Assembly: GCA_016212705.1 (NCBI GenBank)
Contig: JACREU010000091.1
Coordinates: forward strand, 217 to 64,216
Reading direction: 5' to 3'
Length of the DNA: 64,000 nt
Source: Deltaproteobacteria bacterium
Lineage (GTDB): Bacteria > Desulfobacterota > GWC2-55-46
The position numbers and the translations under genes were made by a program. Under the pieces are notes generated by a model. That model was not told the DNA's origin, did no database searches, and was given only the letters and a program-made list of their open reading frames with translations. Shown here one piece after another: positions 55,308-63,671 of this stretch (within the stretch, counting starts at the first letter, position 1; each line of letters begins with the position of its first letter).

Positions 55308-56642
55308 TCACATGTCCATGTTGCCGGTGTATGAGAAGTACCCTACTGAGCCGCCGTAGACGCCCCTCTTGCAGGGCTCGAGCTCCTCTATTATCTCCAT
55401 CGCCCGGACCTTAGGCGCGCCCGTCAGGGTCCCTGCCGGGAAACACGACCTGAACGCGTCGAACGCGGAGAGTTCCTTTTTAAGTAGGCCTTTGACGTTA
55501 GAGACGATGTGCATGACGTGCGAGTATCTCTCTATGGTCATGAGCTCGTCGACCTCCACTGTCCCGGCGCGCGCTACCCGCCCGATGTCGTTCCTGCCGA
55601 GGTCCACGAGCATGATGTGCTCGGCCCTTTCCTTGGGGTCGGCGAGGAGGTCTTTTTCGAGTGCGAGGTCTTCCTCATCGTCCCGCCCGCGCTTTCTTGT
55701 CCCGGCTATGGGTTTCAGGTTTATGTCGTCGCCCTCGACCCGGACGAGTATCTCGGGAGATGAGCCCGCGAGCGTCAAGTCCCCGAGCCTGAGGAAAAAC
55801 ATATATGGCGAGGGGTTTACGACGCGCAGCGCCCTGTATATGTCGAATGGTTCGACGTCTAAAGGGGTCTCGAACCTCTGCGAGAGGACCGCCTGTATGA
55901 TGTCTCCGTCGAGGATGTAGCCCTTTGTCTTCTCCACGGCCTTCAGGAACTCCCCCCTCCTGAAGTTGGACGCGACGGCGCGGTCGCCGTTTGCACCGGA
56001 AACCGGCCTTGCCGGGAGGTGGGTCTCCCTGAGCCTCGCTATCAAGGCGTCTATCCGCGCCGTGGCCTTTCCGTAGGCCTCAACAGGGTCGTCGCCGTCT
56101 TTTATGAAGGCGTTGGCGACGACCTTTATCTTGTGCTCGACGTTGTCGAATACGAGGAATGTGTCGGTGAATATGAAGAATAGGTCGTAGAGGTCGAGGT
56201 CCTTGGGCGCCGTGTCCGGGAGCTTCTCTATGTGCCGGATGACGTCGTAGCCCATGTAGCCTATGGCGCCTCCGGCGAACCTCGGCGCGCCCTCGACCTC
56301 GGCGGCCTTAATCGACGACATGAGCCCGCGCAACACCTCGACCGGGTCCCCTTCGACGGTCCTTGTGGCGCCGCCCTCGATTATCTCTACGGCAGTGCCC
56401 TTTGCGCGGACGACCCTCATGGGAGAGGCCCCGATGAGGGAGAAGCGCCCCCACTTCTCGCCGCCCTCGACGCTCTCCAGGAGAAATGCGTCCCCTCCGG
56501 TGTCTATCTTCATGAACGCCCCTACCGGGGTCTCGGTATCGGCGAGGATGTCTCTAAAGACCGGGACGGCGTTGGAGGTCTTCGCCTTGTCCCTGAAGAC
56601 CTCTAAGGAAGGGAAATAGCTGGGCTTTTTCATAAGCTTCAT
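55308..56642 (-). CDS. trpE: anthranilate synthase component I, interrupted by an in-frame TGA at 55308-55310
   Basis: Chorismate-binding-enzyme motifs (SPEILVRV, GTLTGAPKVRAMEIIEELE, RGVYGGSVGYFSYTGNMD). Start set at the MKLMKK Met (56642) because the longer ORF overlaps the upstream DUF882 gene. Confidence 0.85.
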   Translation of the reverse strand: MKLMKKPSYFPSLEVFRDKAKTSNAVPVFRDILADTETPVGAFMKIDTGGDAFLLESVEGGEKWGRFSLIGASPMRVVRAKGTAVEIIEGGATRTVEGDPVEVLRGLMSSIKAAEVEGAPRFAGGAIGYMGYDVIRHIEKLPDTAPKDLDLYDLFFIFTDTFLVFDNVEHKIKVVANAFIKDGDDPVEAYGKATARIDALIARLRETHLPARPVSGANGDRAVASNFRRGEFLKAVEKTKGYILDGDIIQAVLSQRFETPLDVEPFDIYRALRVVNPSPYMFFLRLGDLTLAGSSPEILVRVEGDDINLKPIAGTRKRGRDDEEDLALEKDLLADPKERAEHIMLVDLGRNDIGRVARAGTVEVDELMTIERYSHVMHIVSNVKGLLKKELSAFDAFRSCFPAGTLTGAPKVRAMEIIEELEPCKRGVYGGSVGYFSYTGNMDM

Positions 56643-56648
56643 AGAATA

Positions 56649-56683
56649 CCACACAGGCCTTGAACGGGTCAAGGCCTGTGTGG
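56649..56683 (-). promoter_or_regulatory. 15-bp perfect hairpin immediately upstream of the trpE start (terminator of the upstream gene and/or trp leader element)
   Basis: CCACACAGGCCTTGA-ACGGG-TCAAGGCCTGTGTGG. On the minus strand it ends 6 nt before the trpE ATG and is followed by UAUUCU. Confidence 0.5.
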
Positions 56684-56736
56684 GCAGGATTAAACGCGAT
56701 TTAAGGGGTTTTACAAAGGATGGAGAGGTGAGGGCG

Positions 56737-57381
56737 TCACCAGCGGCGGACCCTGCCGGAGTCGAGGTGTACAAACCCGGCCCTCGGGTAGTAGCCGACG
56801 CCGCCGAACTCGAGGTCGAGCGCCGTGCGCCGGAGCAACTTCGTGGTTACGCCCGGGATGCGTATGTCAACGGCCTTGCCGTAAAGGTGCAGAGAGTTCT
56901 TGGCGACCCTCCGTCTCATCTTTTTACGGAGCATGTCGTTGTACTTCTTCGACCTGTAACCCGAGACAACGTGGATGAGGTTGTCTCCGTCGCCTATGCC
57001 CTTGTCCACGGCGCTCAGGAACTCTATCGTGCGGACGTCTATATCGGTCTCTTCGTCATTGTGGTGGCAACGGAAGAGGTGGTTAATGGCCTTCATCGCC
57101 TGTTCGTCGTATTCGCCTTTAGAGTTCCTGAACGTGACGTCGAGCTTTTCGTTCATCCTCGGGCGGTAGATGCGGAGCCTGCCCTCGGGGAGGTTCTCCC
57201 TTACAGCCTCATCATAGAGGTCTTTGCCGATAGTCTCTCCTCCAGCCGCGTCGAGGAGGAGGTTGGACGAGGATGATTCTTCCTCTATGAGCTCGGTGGC
57301 GAGCGCGGGTTTGCCGAAGAGGAGCAGGGTGCCGATTATAGCGGCCTTGACAAACGACCTTCTGCTGATGAGTTGCTTCAT
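56737..57381 (-). CDS. DUF882/YcbK-like peptidase M15 family protein with Tat-type signal
   Basis: SRRSFVKAAIIG twin-Arg-like signal. C-terminal HLYGKAVDI...GGVGYYPRAGFVHLDSG motif. Confidence 0.65.
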   Translation of the reverse strand: MKQLISRRSFVKAAIIGTLLLFGKPALATELIEEESSSSNLLLDAAGGETIGKDLYDEAVRENLPEGRLRIYRPRMNEKLDVTFRNSKGEYDEQAMKAINHLFRCHHNDEETDIDVRTIEFLSAVDKGIGDGDNLIHVVSGYRSKKYNDMLRKKMRRRVAKNSLHLYGKAVDIRIPGVTTKLLRRTALDLEFGGVGYYPRAGFVHLDSGRVRRW

Positions 57382-57620
57382 GATCAGACTCCGCTTCGGG
57401 GATTTCAGGGCCTGTTACAAAATGTGCGGCATATTAACAGAAAAAAAAGAGCGAGTCAACCCAAAAAACTCTCATGTCCGGGATACGCATCGTCAGGGGT
57501 ATGCGGCCGTTACAATATGTTTTCGGCCCGATTCCGATAACCTTTATACCCGAGGCGCAAAAAAAAAGAAGTGATAAAAGACACGCGGGCCTGCTTATGG
57601 GCTTTTCGGCGTTTTTTTCC

Positions 57621-57649
57621 TTGACATGGGGTTGTCTTTTTCCTAAAAT
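57621..57649 (+). promoter_or_regulatory. sigma70-type promoter for the small coiled-coil lipoprotein gene
   Basis: TTGACA-N17-TAAAAT. Confidence 0.55.
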
Positions 57650-57785
57650 TCCTTTGCCCGTTAATGTTTTTTGCGTTTGACCAGGCGGCCTTCGCGGGCC
57701 TTCGCGGGTCTTTATTTACTTGAGACCGTTTTTCGCGGGAGAGCGCCCGGCGGCCAGCCGAAAAAATAGAAAAGGAGAAGAAGGA

Positions 57786-58067
57786 ATGACGAAGAAGATA
57801 GGTCTTTTTGGCATGGTATTGGCCCTCCTGCTTTTCGTGTCAGGCTGCGGACAGCAGTTGAAGCAGGAAAACGAGCAGTTAAAGGGGCAGGTGGCTACGC
57901 TGACAGAGGAGGGGAACGGCTTGAAGGGCCAGGTCGCCTCGTTACAGAAAGAGGCAGAGGACTTGAAAGCCCAGGTTGAGACCCTCTCCGCCGAGAGAGA
58001 CGCCCTAAAGAAGGAGCTTGAGGCGAAGTCCAAGCCCGCCCCCAAGGCCAAGAAGAAAAAGAGATAA
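57786..58067 (+). CDS. small coiled-coil lipoprotein (Lpp-like architecture)
   Basis: The ATG at 57786 is preceded by AAGGAGAAGAAGG. Lipobox LFVSGC. Heptad-like QLKQENEQLKGQVATL... repeats and a Lys-rich tail. Confidence 0.55.
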   Translation: MTKKIGLFGMVLALLLFVSGCGQQLKQENEQLKGQVATLTEEGNGLKGQVASLQKEAEDLKAQVETLSAERDALKKELEAKSKPAPKAKKKKR

Positions 58068-58088
58068 GGCGTTAAACGTTTTTTTCAG

Positions 58089-58122
58089 GGCCCGCCGGGG
58101 GTATCCGGCGGGCCTTTTTTTT
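58089..58122 (+). terminator. Rho-independent terminator
   Basis: GGCCCGCCGG-GGGTAT-CCGGCGGGCC followed by T8. Confidence 0.85.
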
Positions 58123-58229
58123 AAGCGCCGGGCTAAAGGGGAGGGGCGTCCCCTCCGATATGAACTGAATAGCCTCATATTCCGTCTTTTTCTCAATCGC
58201 CGGGCCTCAGGGGCAGGGTCTTTTTTTTG

Positions 58230-58258
58230 TTGACACCAGGGGGAGGTTTTAATAGAAT
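58230..58258 (+). promoter_or_regulatory. sigma70-type promoter upstream of the MCP gene (~270-nt leader)
   Basis: TTGACA-N17-TAGAAT. Confidence 0.5.
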
Positions 58259-58531
58259 TCCTTTTTTAAAGGGTATATACTAATCTCCTAAGTTCCTTTT
58301 TTACGTTGTTTTTTCGCGTCCGGCGTTGGTACTTTCAGGTCCCTCTCATAAGCTCTATTGAAGCGTCTTTTTATTAACCGTAGAACGGAAAACGGGCGGC
58401 GGGCCGCAAACCGCGGCTTGTGCCTCTTTTCGCCCGCGGTTAAGCCACTCTGTAAATAAGCGCCGTCAGCCGGGCTCCATCGGCATACCGGTCCGTACGG
58501 CCGCTTAAAGCCTATCGTCTTCGGGATACCA

Positions 58532-60724
58532 ATGTTCCGTCAAGGCCTCAAATCAAAGATATTGAACCTGACCATAGGGTTGTCGCTTCTCGGCTTCGGC
58601 GTCCTCGTTTTTATCGTCATCAAGGAGGAGGAGAAGAGCCTGCTGCGCGAGAGGATGAAGGCGAGCGAGCTCATGGCCCAGCCTATCCTGCATACCATAT
58701 ACAAGGACATGCTCGACGAGAGGGCGGATATGCCCCGTTTCCTTATCGAGGGCTTGAAGACCATAAAGGGTGTCGAGAGGGTACAGCTCATAAGGGCGAA
58801 CGGCGTCGAGGAGGCGTTCAAGGACTATAAGACCTTGAACGCCGTAAAGGTCGAGTTCGGCGAGATAAAGCCCGAGTGGGTCGTAGACCACCCGAACATA
58901 CTCAATAACGTGGCGCTCGGCACGCAGAACCAGGATTTCAAGAAGGCCCTTCTGGACTTCAACAAGGGGGCGAAAGAGGCGGTCTCCTATATAGAGAAGG
59001 AAGGCGAGAGGTCCCTCTTTACCTACCTCGTGCCGATAGTGGCAAAGCCGAAGTGTTCGTCGTGCCACTCGCAGGAGGAGGCCGCGCGCGGCGTCCTCAT
59101 GATATCGACCTCGCTCGACGAGATGTACGAACTGCTGAAGAGCTCGCGTAACAGGTGGATTATTTACGGGGTAATGACGGTCGCGGCTACGACCGTGCTA
59201 CTCGGCCTCCTCGTTACGGGTGTCGTCACCAAGCCTGTCGACAGGGCCGTCGGCATGCTGAAGGCCATAGCCGAGGGCAAGGGCGATTTGACGCAGAGGC
59301 TCGATATCTCGTCGAACGACGAGATGGGCATGCTCGGCAGGTGGTTCAACAAGTTCGTCGAAGGCATGCAGCACATGGTCAAGGAGATATTCGGGATCTC
59401 GCGCGAGGTCTCCGTCGCGTCGTCCGAGATCGAGGCCTCGTCAAGGGAGATAGTCGGGGCCGTCGCCAAACAGCTCCGCGCCGCCGAGGATACCTCGGTT
59501 TCCATCAAGGAGATGGACGCATCGATAAAGACCGTAGCCGAGGAGGCCGAGGCCCTTAACCTCTCGGCGATGGAGGTCTCGACTTCCGCTCACGCGATGT
59601 CTTCATCCGTCGACGAGGTGCGGGTCAACATAGAGAAGCTCTTTTACTCGGCCTCGTCCACGACCTCGTCGATCAACGAGATGGCGATATCCATAAACCA
59701 GGTCGCCTCGCACGTCGACGAGCTCTTCAAGAGGACCGAGGAGGTCGTCTCTTCCATCATCGAGATAGGCTCGCGCGTAAAGGACGTCGAGAACTACTCG
59801 CGCAGGCAGGCCGAGCTCGCCGAGAAGGTCCGCTCCGACGCCGAGGACATAGGCATGGCCGCGGTCGTAAAGACGCGCGAGGGCATAGAGAAGGTAAGCG
59901 AGGAGGTCGCCTCGACCGGCATAGTGATAAACAGGCTCGGCGAGCGCTCCAAGGAGATAGGAAAGATCCTGACCGTCATAAACGAGATAGCCGACAACAC
60001 GCACCTCCTTGCCCTTAACGCGACTATACTCGCGGCCCAGGCCGGGGAGCACGGCAAGGGGTTCGCCGTCGTCGCGCGCCAGGTCAAGGACCTCGCCACC
60101 AAGACGACGTTATCCACCAAGGAGATAGCCGGGCTCATAAGCCAGGTCCAGGGCGAGGTATCCGTGGCGGTAGAATCGATGCAGAGGTCTTCGGAAAAGG
60201 TCGAGGACGGGGTCAGGTTATCACGGGACGCGCAGGACGCGCTCAAGATGATACTGGATTCGGCCAGAGGCTCCTTCGAGATGGCGAAGATGATAGAGAG
60301 GACGACGATAGAGCAGACCAAGGGCGCGGTCCAGATAACTAACGCCGCGCAGATAATAAGCCACATGGTCGGCGACATAAAGAACGCGGCGAACGAGCAG
60401 TCCTCGGCGGCGCGCGAGATATTGAAGGACACCGTCCAGATGAAGGAGTTCATGGAGAGGGTGAAGCACTCGACTATCGAGCAGTCGAGGGAGGGCAGGC
60501 ACGTCTCGGAATCCATCTTCAAGGTCGCGGACAGGATAAAGAAGGTGGCGTCCGCTACGTCCGCGCAGATGGAGTTCTCGAGGAGGATAGTCGCGGCTGT
60601 GGAGACGGTCAAGCAGGCGGCCGAGGACAACGCGGCGCTCGCTTCCCGGCTCGATAAGACGGTAAAAGAGATGAACAGGCAGGCCGAGGCGCTCCGGTCC
60701 ACCGTCGGGAGCTTCAAGGCGTAA
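58532..60724 (+). CDS. methyl-accepting chemotaxis protein with a periplasmic c-type-heme (DUF3365/Tll0287-like) sensor domain and HAMP
   Basis: Two TM segments flank a ~170-aa periplasmic region ending in YLVPIVAKPKCSSCHS...GVLMISTS. HAMP follows. Long MCP signalling hairpin (LLALNATILAAQAGEHGKGFAVVA). Confidence 0.8.
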   Translation: MFRQGLKSKILNLTIGLSLLGFGVLVFIVIKEEEKSLLRERMKASELMAQPILHTIYKDMLDERADMPRFLIEGLKTIKGVERVQLIRANGVEEAFKDYKTLNAVKVEFGEIKPEWVVDHPNILNNVALGTQNQDFKKALLDFNKGAKEAVSYIEKEGERSLFTYLVPIVAKPKCSSCHSQEEAARGVLMISTSLDEMYELLKSSRNRWIIYGVMTVAATTVLLGLLVTGVVTKPVDRAVGMLKAIAEGKGDLTQRLDISSNDEMGMLGRWFNKFVEGMQHMVKEIFGISREVSVASSEIEASSREIVGAVAKQLRAAEDTSVSIKEMDASIKTVAEEAEALNLSAMEVSTSAHAMSSSVDEVRVNIEKLFYSASSTTSSINEMAISINQVASHVDELFKRTEEVVSSIIEIGSRVKDVENYSRRQAELAEKVRSDAEDIGMAAVVKTREGIEKVSEEVASTGIVINRLGERSKEIGKILTVINEIADNTHLLALNATILAAQAGEHGKGFAVVARQVKDLATKTTLSTKEIAGLISQVQGEVSVAVESMQRSSEKVEDGVRLSRDAQDALKMILDSARGSFEMAKMIERTTIEQTKGAVQITNAAQIISHMVGDIKNAANEQSSAAREILKDTVQMKEFMERVKHSTIEQSREGRHVSESIFKVADRIKKVASATSAQMEFSRRIVAAVETVKQAAEDNAALASRLDKTVKEMNRQAEALRSTVGSFKA

Positions 60725-60726
60725 AG

Positions 60727-60766
60727 AGAGGCGATCTTTCCGCTGGAAAGGCGCAAGGCCTCTTTT
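60727..60766 (+). terminator. probable terminator after the MCP gene
   Basis: AGAGGC...CTTTCC-GCT-GGAAAG...GCCTCT composite hairpin followed by TTTT. Confidence 0.45.
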
Positions 60767-60840
60767 AAATAGGCCGTAGCGGAAGCAGGCGATGCGGGCC
60801 GATCGTGACAGATTTTTCTGCACCATGACCAGGAGGTCAT

Positions 60841-61839
60841 ATGAGGACAAACGCAGTTGCCGTTGCGATTCTGTTGATGATTGTTTTTCTGGCTGTGCCC
60901 GCCAAAGGCGCCCTTGGCGCCGACTGGACAAAAGCCGTTGCGGCGGACGTTACGCTCTTCTACCCTGGCGTCGCCTCGTGGGAGTTTCTTAACAGCGACG
61001 ACCACAGGCTCGGCGGCAGGGAGATAAAACAGGTGAGAAAGGACTGCAGGCACTGCCACCTGTCCAAGGGCGGCGAGCTGGATCTGAAGGCAGACGAGAT
61101 CGCCGCAGGGTCCATTAAGATGAAGAGGTCGCATAACCCGTTCGAGCCGGAGCCGCTTCCCGGTAAAAAAGGGATCATGTCGGCCAAGGCGCAGGCCGCT
61201 TACGACGACGAGTTCCTTTACATAAAGGTCGAGTGGGAATCCAGGGGCGCGGGCTGGTCAAAGGGCGCGAAAAAATCGGACAGGGTCTCCCTCCAGATAA
61301 ACAAGGCCGAGCCGACCTTCAAAAAATACGGCTGTTTCATAACCTGCCACAACGACCTGAACACGATGCCCGAGTCCCCTTCCAAGAAAGAGGTCTCCGC
61401 CAACCCGTACTACGGCGGACAGCAGAGGGACGACGTCCGCCTCTACGCCTATTACGCGAGGTCGGCCTGGGACCAGAGGAGGCCGGAAGGGGAGCTGTCG
61501 AAGAAGCTCAAGGACGGCGGCAGGATAGACCTCGTCTCAGTCGAGTTCGAAAACGGCTCAGCTACGGCGTTCGACGGCTGGATTTTCGACGACAGGCGCT
61601 GGGAGGATAAGGCCGGGAACGCCACGGGCGCTTACTCCAAAGGAAAGTACTCCGCCGAGTTCAAGCTTAAATTAAAGTCAAAGGACCAGTTCGACGCCGA
61701 CCTCTTTGAGGGCGACGTCGTCTCCATAGGCATGGCAGTCCACGACGACGGCGCATCGAAGAGAAAACACTACGTATCTTTCCCGTTCACGATAGGGCTC
61801 GGGGTCGCCGCGGACATAAAGGCCGAAAAGACAAAGTAA
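60841..61839 (+). CDS. periplasmic heme protein, EB_dh/DOMON-like (ethylbenzene-dehydrogenase gamma-like) domain with an extra CxxCH
   Basis: Signal peptide. CRHCH motif. AAYDDEFLYIKVEWES...DRVSLQI...YGCFITCHNDLNTMP fits my recollection of the EB_dh heme-binding domain. Good RBS (AGGAGG). Confidence 0.5.
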   Translation: MRTNAVAVAILLMIVFLAVPAKGALGADWTKAVAADVTLFYPGVASWEFLNSDDHRLGGREIKQVRKDCRHCHLSKGGELDLKADEIAAGSIKMKRSHNPFEPEPLPGKKGIMSAKAQAAYDDEFLYIKVEWESRGAGWSKGAKKSDRVSLQINKAEPTFKKYGCFITCHNDLNTMPESPSKKEVSANPYYGGQQRDDVRLYAYYARSAWDQRRPEGELSKKLKDGGRIDLVSVEFENGSATAFDGWIFDDRRWEDKAGNATGAYSKGKYSAEFKLKLKSKDQFDADLFEGDVVSIGMAVHDDGASKRKHYVSFPFTIGLGVAADIKAEKTK

Positions 61840-61848
61840 GGAGGCTGG

Positions 61849-63021
61849 ATGAGAGCCTTTTCAAGACGCGCTTTCAAGATGGCCGCCAACTGCGCTGTCC
61901 CCGTCGTATTCTGCACGATATTCTTATCCGTCATTTTTTCCCCGTCGCTCTCGGAGGCCTATCCGTTCTTCTCAAGGCAGGTCGGCAGGGACTGCACCTT
62001 CTGCCACTCCGTATTCCCGAAGCTGAACGAGACGGGCAGGATGTTCCGCTCCGGCGGATACAGGCTCTCAGCCGAAGCCGAGTGGAAGGAAGTAAAGGAC
62101 TTAAGCGCCATCCCGGCCGCTATCGAAGTCGAGGTAGAGGCCGCGTACAACGACCTCAACGCCAACGGCGCGAATGTTAAATCATCCGACCTTAAGATCG
62201 AGGAGATAGAGCTCTTCGCCGGCGGCGCGTTCGGAAAGACCGGGAGGGTCTCGGTCAATACCGCCATCACCTTCGAGGATACCGAGGCAGGGGCCGACGT
62301 CTCCATAAGGAAGGCGTTCCTTCAGGTGAACGACCTCGTAGGGCCGACAGGCGAGGGGATGCTTAACTTCCGGGCCGGGAAGTGGGACATAGGGTTGCCG
62401 TTTGTGAATACCATCGCCCCGATCTCGAACCGCTATCTCGCCGAATCCGCGCTTGGCGTACTCTCCATAGAAAATAAGGCATTGGAGCTTAACGGTACGC
62501 TCACTTCTGAAGGCGAGACGCTAATTGTCACGCACCGCTGGGCCGTTGGGGCGTCACAGGAGGACGTTCTGAGCGACGACAAGCTAAAGGGCGGCTACGC
62601 CCTGTATTCGGTAACCTTTCAGGAGGATTACAGCCTGGGCGCGCTCGTGAGGACCGGCGAGGAGGCAACAAACGGCGTGGACGCATCCTACACGAGGTAC
62701 GGGCTCGCGGCAGAGGCCGAGTTGGGGCCGACTATACTTACTTTAGGATACTTCAGGGCGGACTCCGGTGCGGACGCCGACGACTTTCTCGTTGAGGCCC
62801 TATGGCTGCCCCGCGCGAAGGTGAAGCTCGGGGTCCGCTACGAGTATCTGAGGGAAGACGAGAGTCAAGGGGTTTCGTCACAGACCTTGATGGCCCGATA
62901 TAATATACTCAGCAATGCGTATGTACAGGCGGAATGCAGGTTGCTATCCGACGAGGACCATGTGACTTCAATTAACGAGGACGAGACGAAGCTCCGCGCC
63001 TTTCTCGTCGCGGTATTCTAA
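61849..63021 (+). CDS. fused monoheme cytochrome-porin candidate (Cyc2-like outer-membrane beta-barrel)
   Basis: Signal peptide (SLSEA/YP). Single N-terminal heme motif in YPFFSRQVGRDCTFCHSVFPKLNETGRMFRSGGYR. About 330 aa of amphipathic beta-strand pattern follow, ending ...AFLVAVF. Confidence 0.55.
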   Translation: MRAFSRRAFKMAANCAVPVVFCTIFLSVIFSPSLSEAYPFFSRQVGRDCTFCHSVFPKLNETGRMFRSGGYRLSAEAEWKEVKDLSAIPAAIEVEVEAAYNDLNANGANVKSSDLKIEEIELFAGGAFGKTGRVSVNTAITFEDTEAGADVSIRKAFLQVNDLVGPTGEGMLNFRAGKWDIGLPFVNTIAPISNRYLAESALGVLSIENKALELNGTLTSEGETLIVTHRWAVGASQEDVLSDDKLKGGYALYSVTFQEDYSLGALVRTGEEATNGVDASYTRYGLAAEAELGPTILTLGYFRADSGADADDFLVEALWLPRAKVKLGVRYEYLREDESQGVSSQTLMARYNILSNAYVQAECRLLSDEDHVTSINEDETKLRAFLVAVF

Positions 63022-63033
63022 AGAGCTTAATAT

Positions 63034-63609
63034 ATGGGCGCAAAAGATGAAATAGAACTGCTGGACTCGAAGATCGCCCGGCTCAAGGTCGAGTACGAGC
63101 AGTATTTCATGCGGGTCTTGAAGAGAGAGCCCGCGAAGCTCCGCGACGAGGTCGACAGGCTCGTCCTGTTTTACAGCAACAAGAACCTCACCAACACGTC
63201 CCTCAGGTTCAAGTACAACACCATCGTCGCCAAATACAACTCATACAAGCAGTATTGGACGAGGACGCTCCGCGCCATAGAAGAAGGCGATTTTTACAGG
63301 AAGGCCGAGGGCGAGCTTGATACGGGCGCGCGCACGGCGAGCGCGCATCGGGAGGCCCGGAGTGCGCCAACAGAGGCCGCCCCGGCCGCCGGCAATGACG
63401 TAAGGGAGATATACGAAAAATACATCGAGGCGAGAAAGGCCTGCAACGAGCCGATTGAGGGCATAACGCTCGGCACGCTTGAAAAGACCCTGCAGGAGTA
63501 CAAGAAGAAGGTGGAGGCGCAGTACAACACGCAGGACGTGGAATTTAAGGTGGCCATAAGGGACGGCAAAGCGAAGCTCACGATCGCGCCGAAGAAGAAG
63601 GCGGGGTAG
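63034..63609 (+). CDS. hypothetical cytoplasmic protein (coiled-coil N-terminus, low-complexity linker, conserved C-terminal domain)
   Basis: 191 aa with no signal peptide. The C-terminal VREIYEKYIEARKACNE...DVEFKVAIRDGKAKLTIAPK resembles a deltaproteobacterial MXAN_5187-type C-terminal domain (weak recollection). Confidence 0.4.
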   Translation: MGAKDEIELLDSKIARLKVEYEQYFMRVLKREPAKLRDEVDRLVLFYSNKNLTNTSLRFKYNTIVAKYNSYKQYWTRTLRAIEEGDFYRKAEGELDTGARTASAHREARSAPTEAAPAAGNDVREIYEKYIEARKACNEPIEGITLGTLEKTLQEYKKKVEAQYNTQDVEFKVAIRDGKAKLTIAPKKKAG

Positions 63610-63616
63610 GATTTTT

Positions 63617-63640
63617 TGTAGGGTGGGCTCCGCCCACCAA
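63617..63640. repeat. REP hairpin GTAGGGTGGGC-TCC-GCCCACC next to the RAYT gene
   Basis: 7-bp stem GGTGGGC/GCCCACC (63622-63638) preceded by GTAG, a classic REP-type sequence. Confidence 0.6.
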
Positions 63641-63671
63641 ATTATATTTCCGTTTAGACCATCGCATTGAT

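Noticed and set aside
55250-55310. Selenocysteine insertion at the trpE TGA.
   Set aside because: No convincing SECIS-like stem-loop lies 10-50 nt downstream; there are only short 4-5-bp complementarities. No sel genes are in the window. It is kept as an open alternative in the findings but is not called.
56643-56774. N-terminal 44-codon extension of the trpE ORF (start at 56774).
   Set aside because: It overlaps the 3' end of the DUF882 gene and contains the 15-bp hairpin. TrpE homology begins after the MKLMKK methionines.
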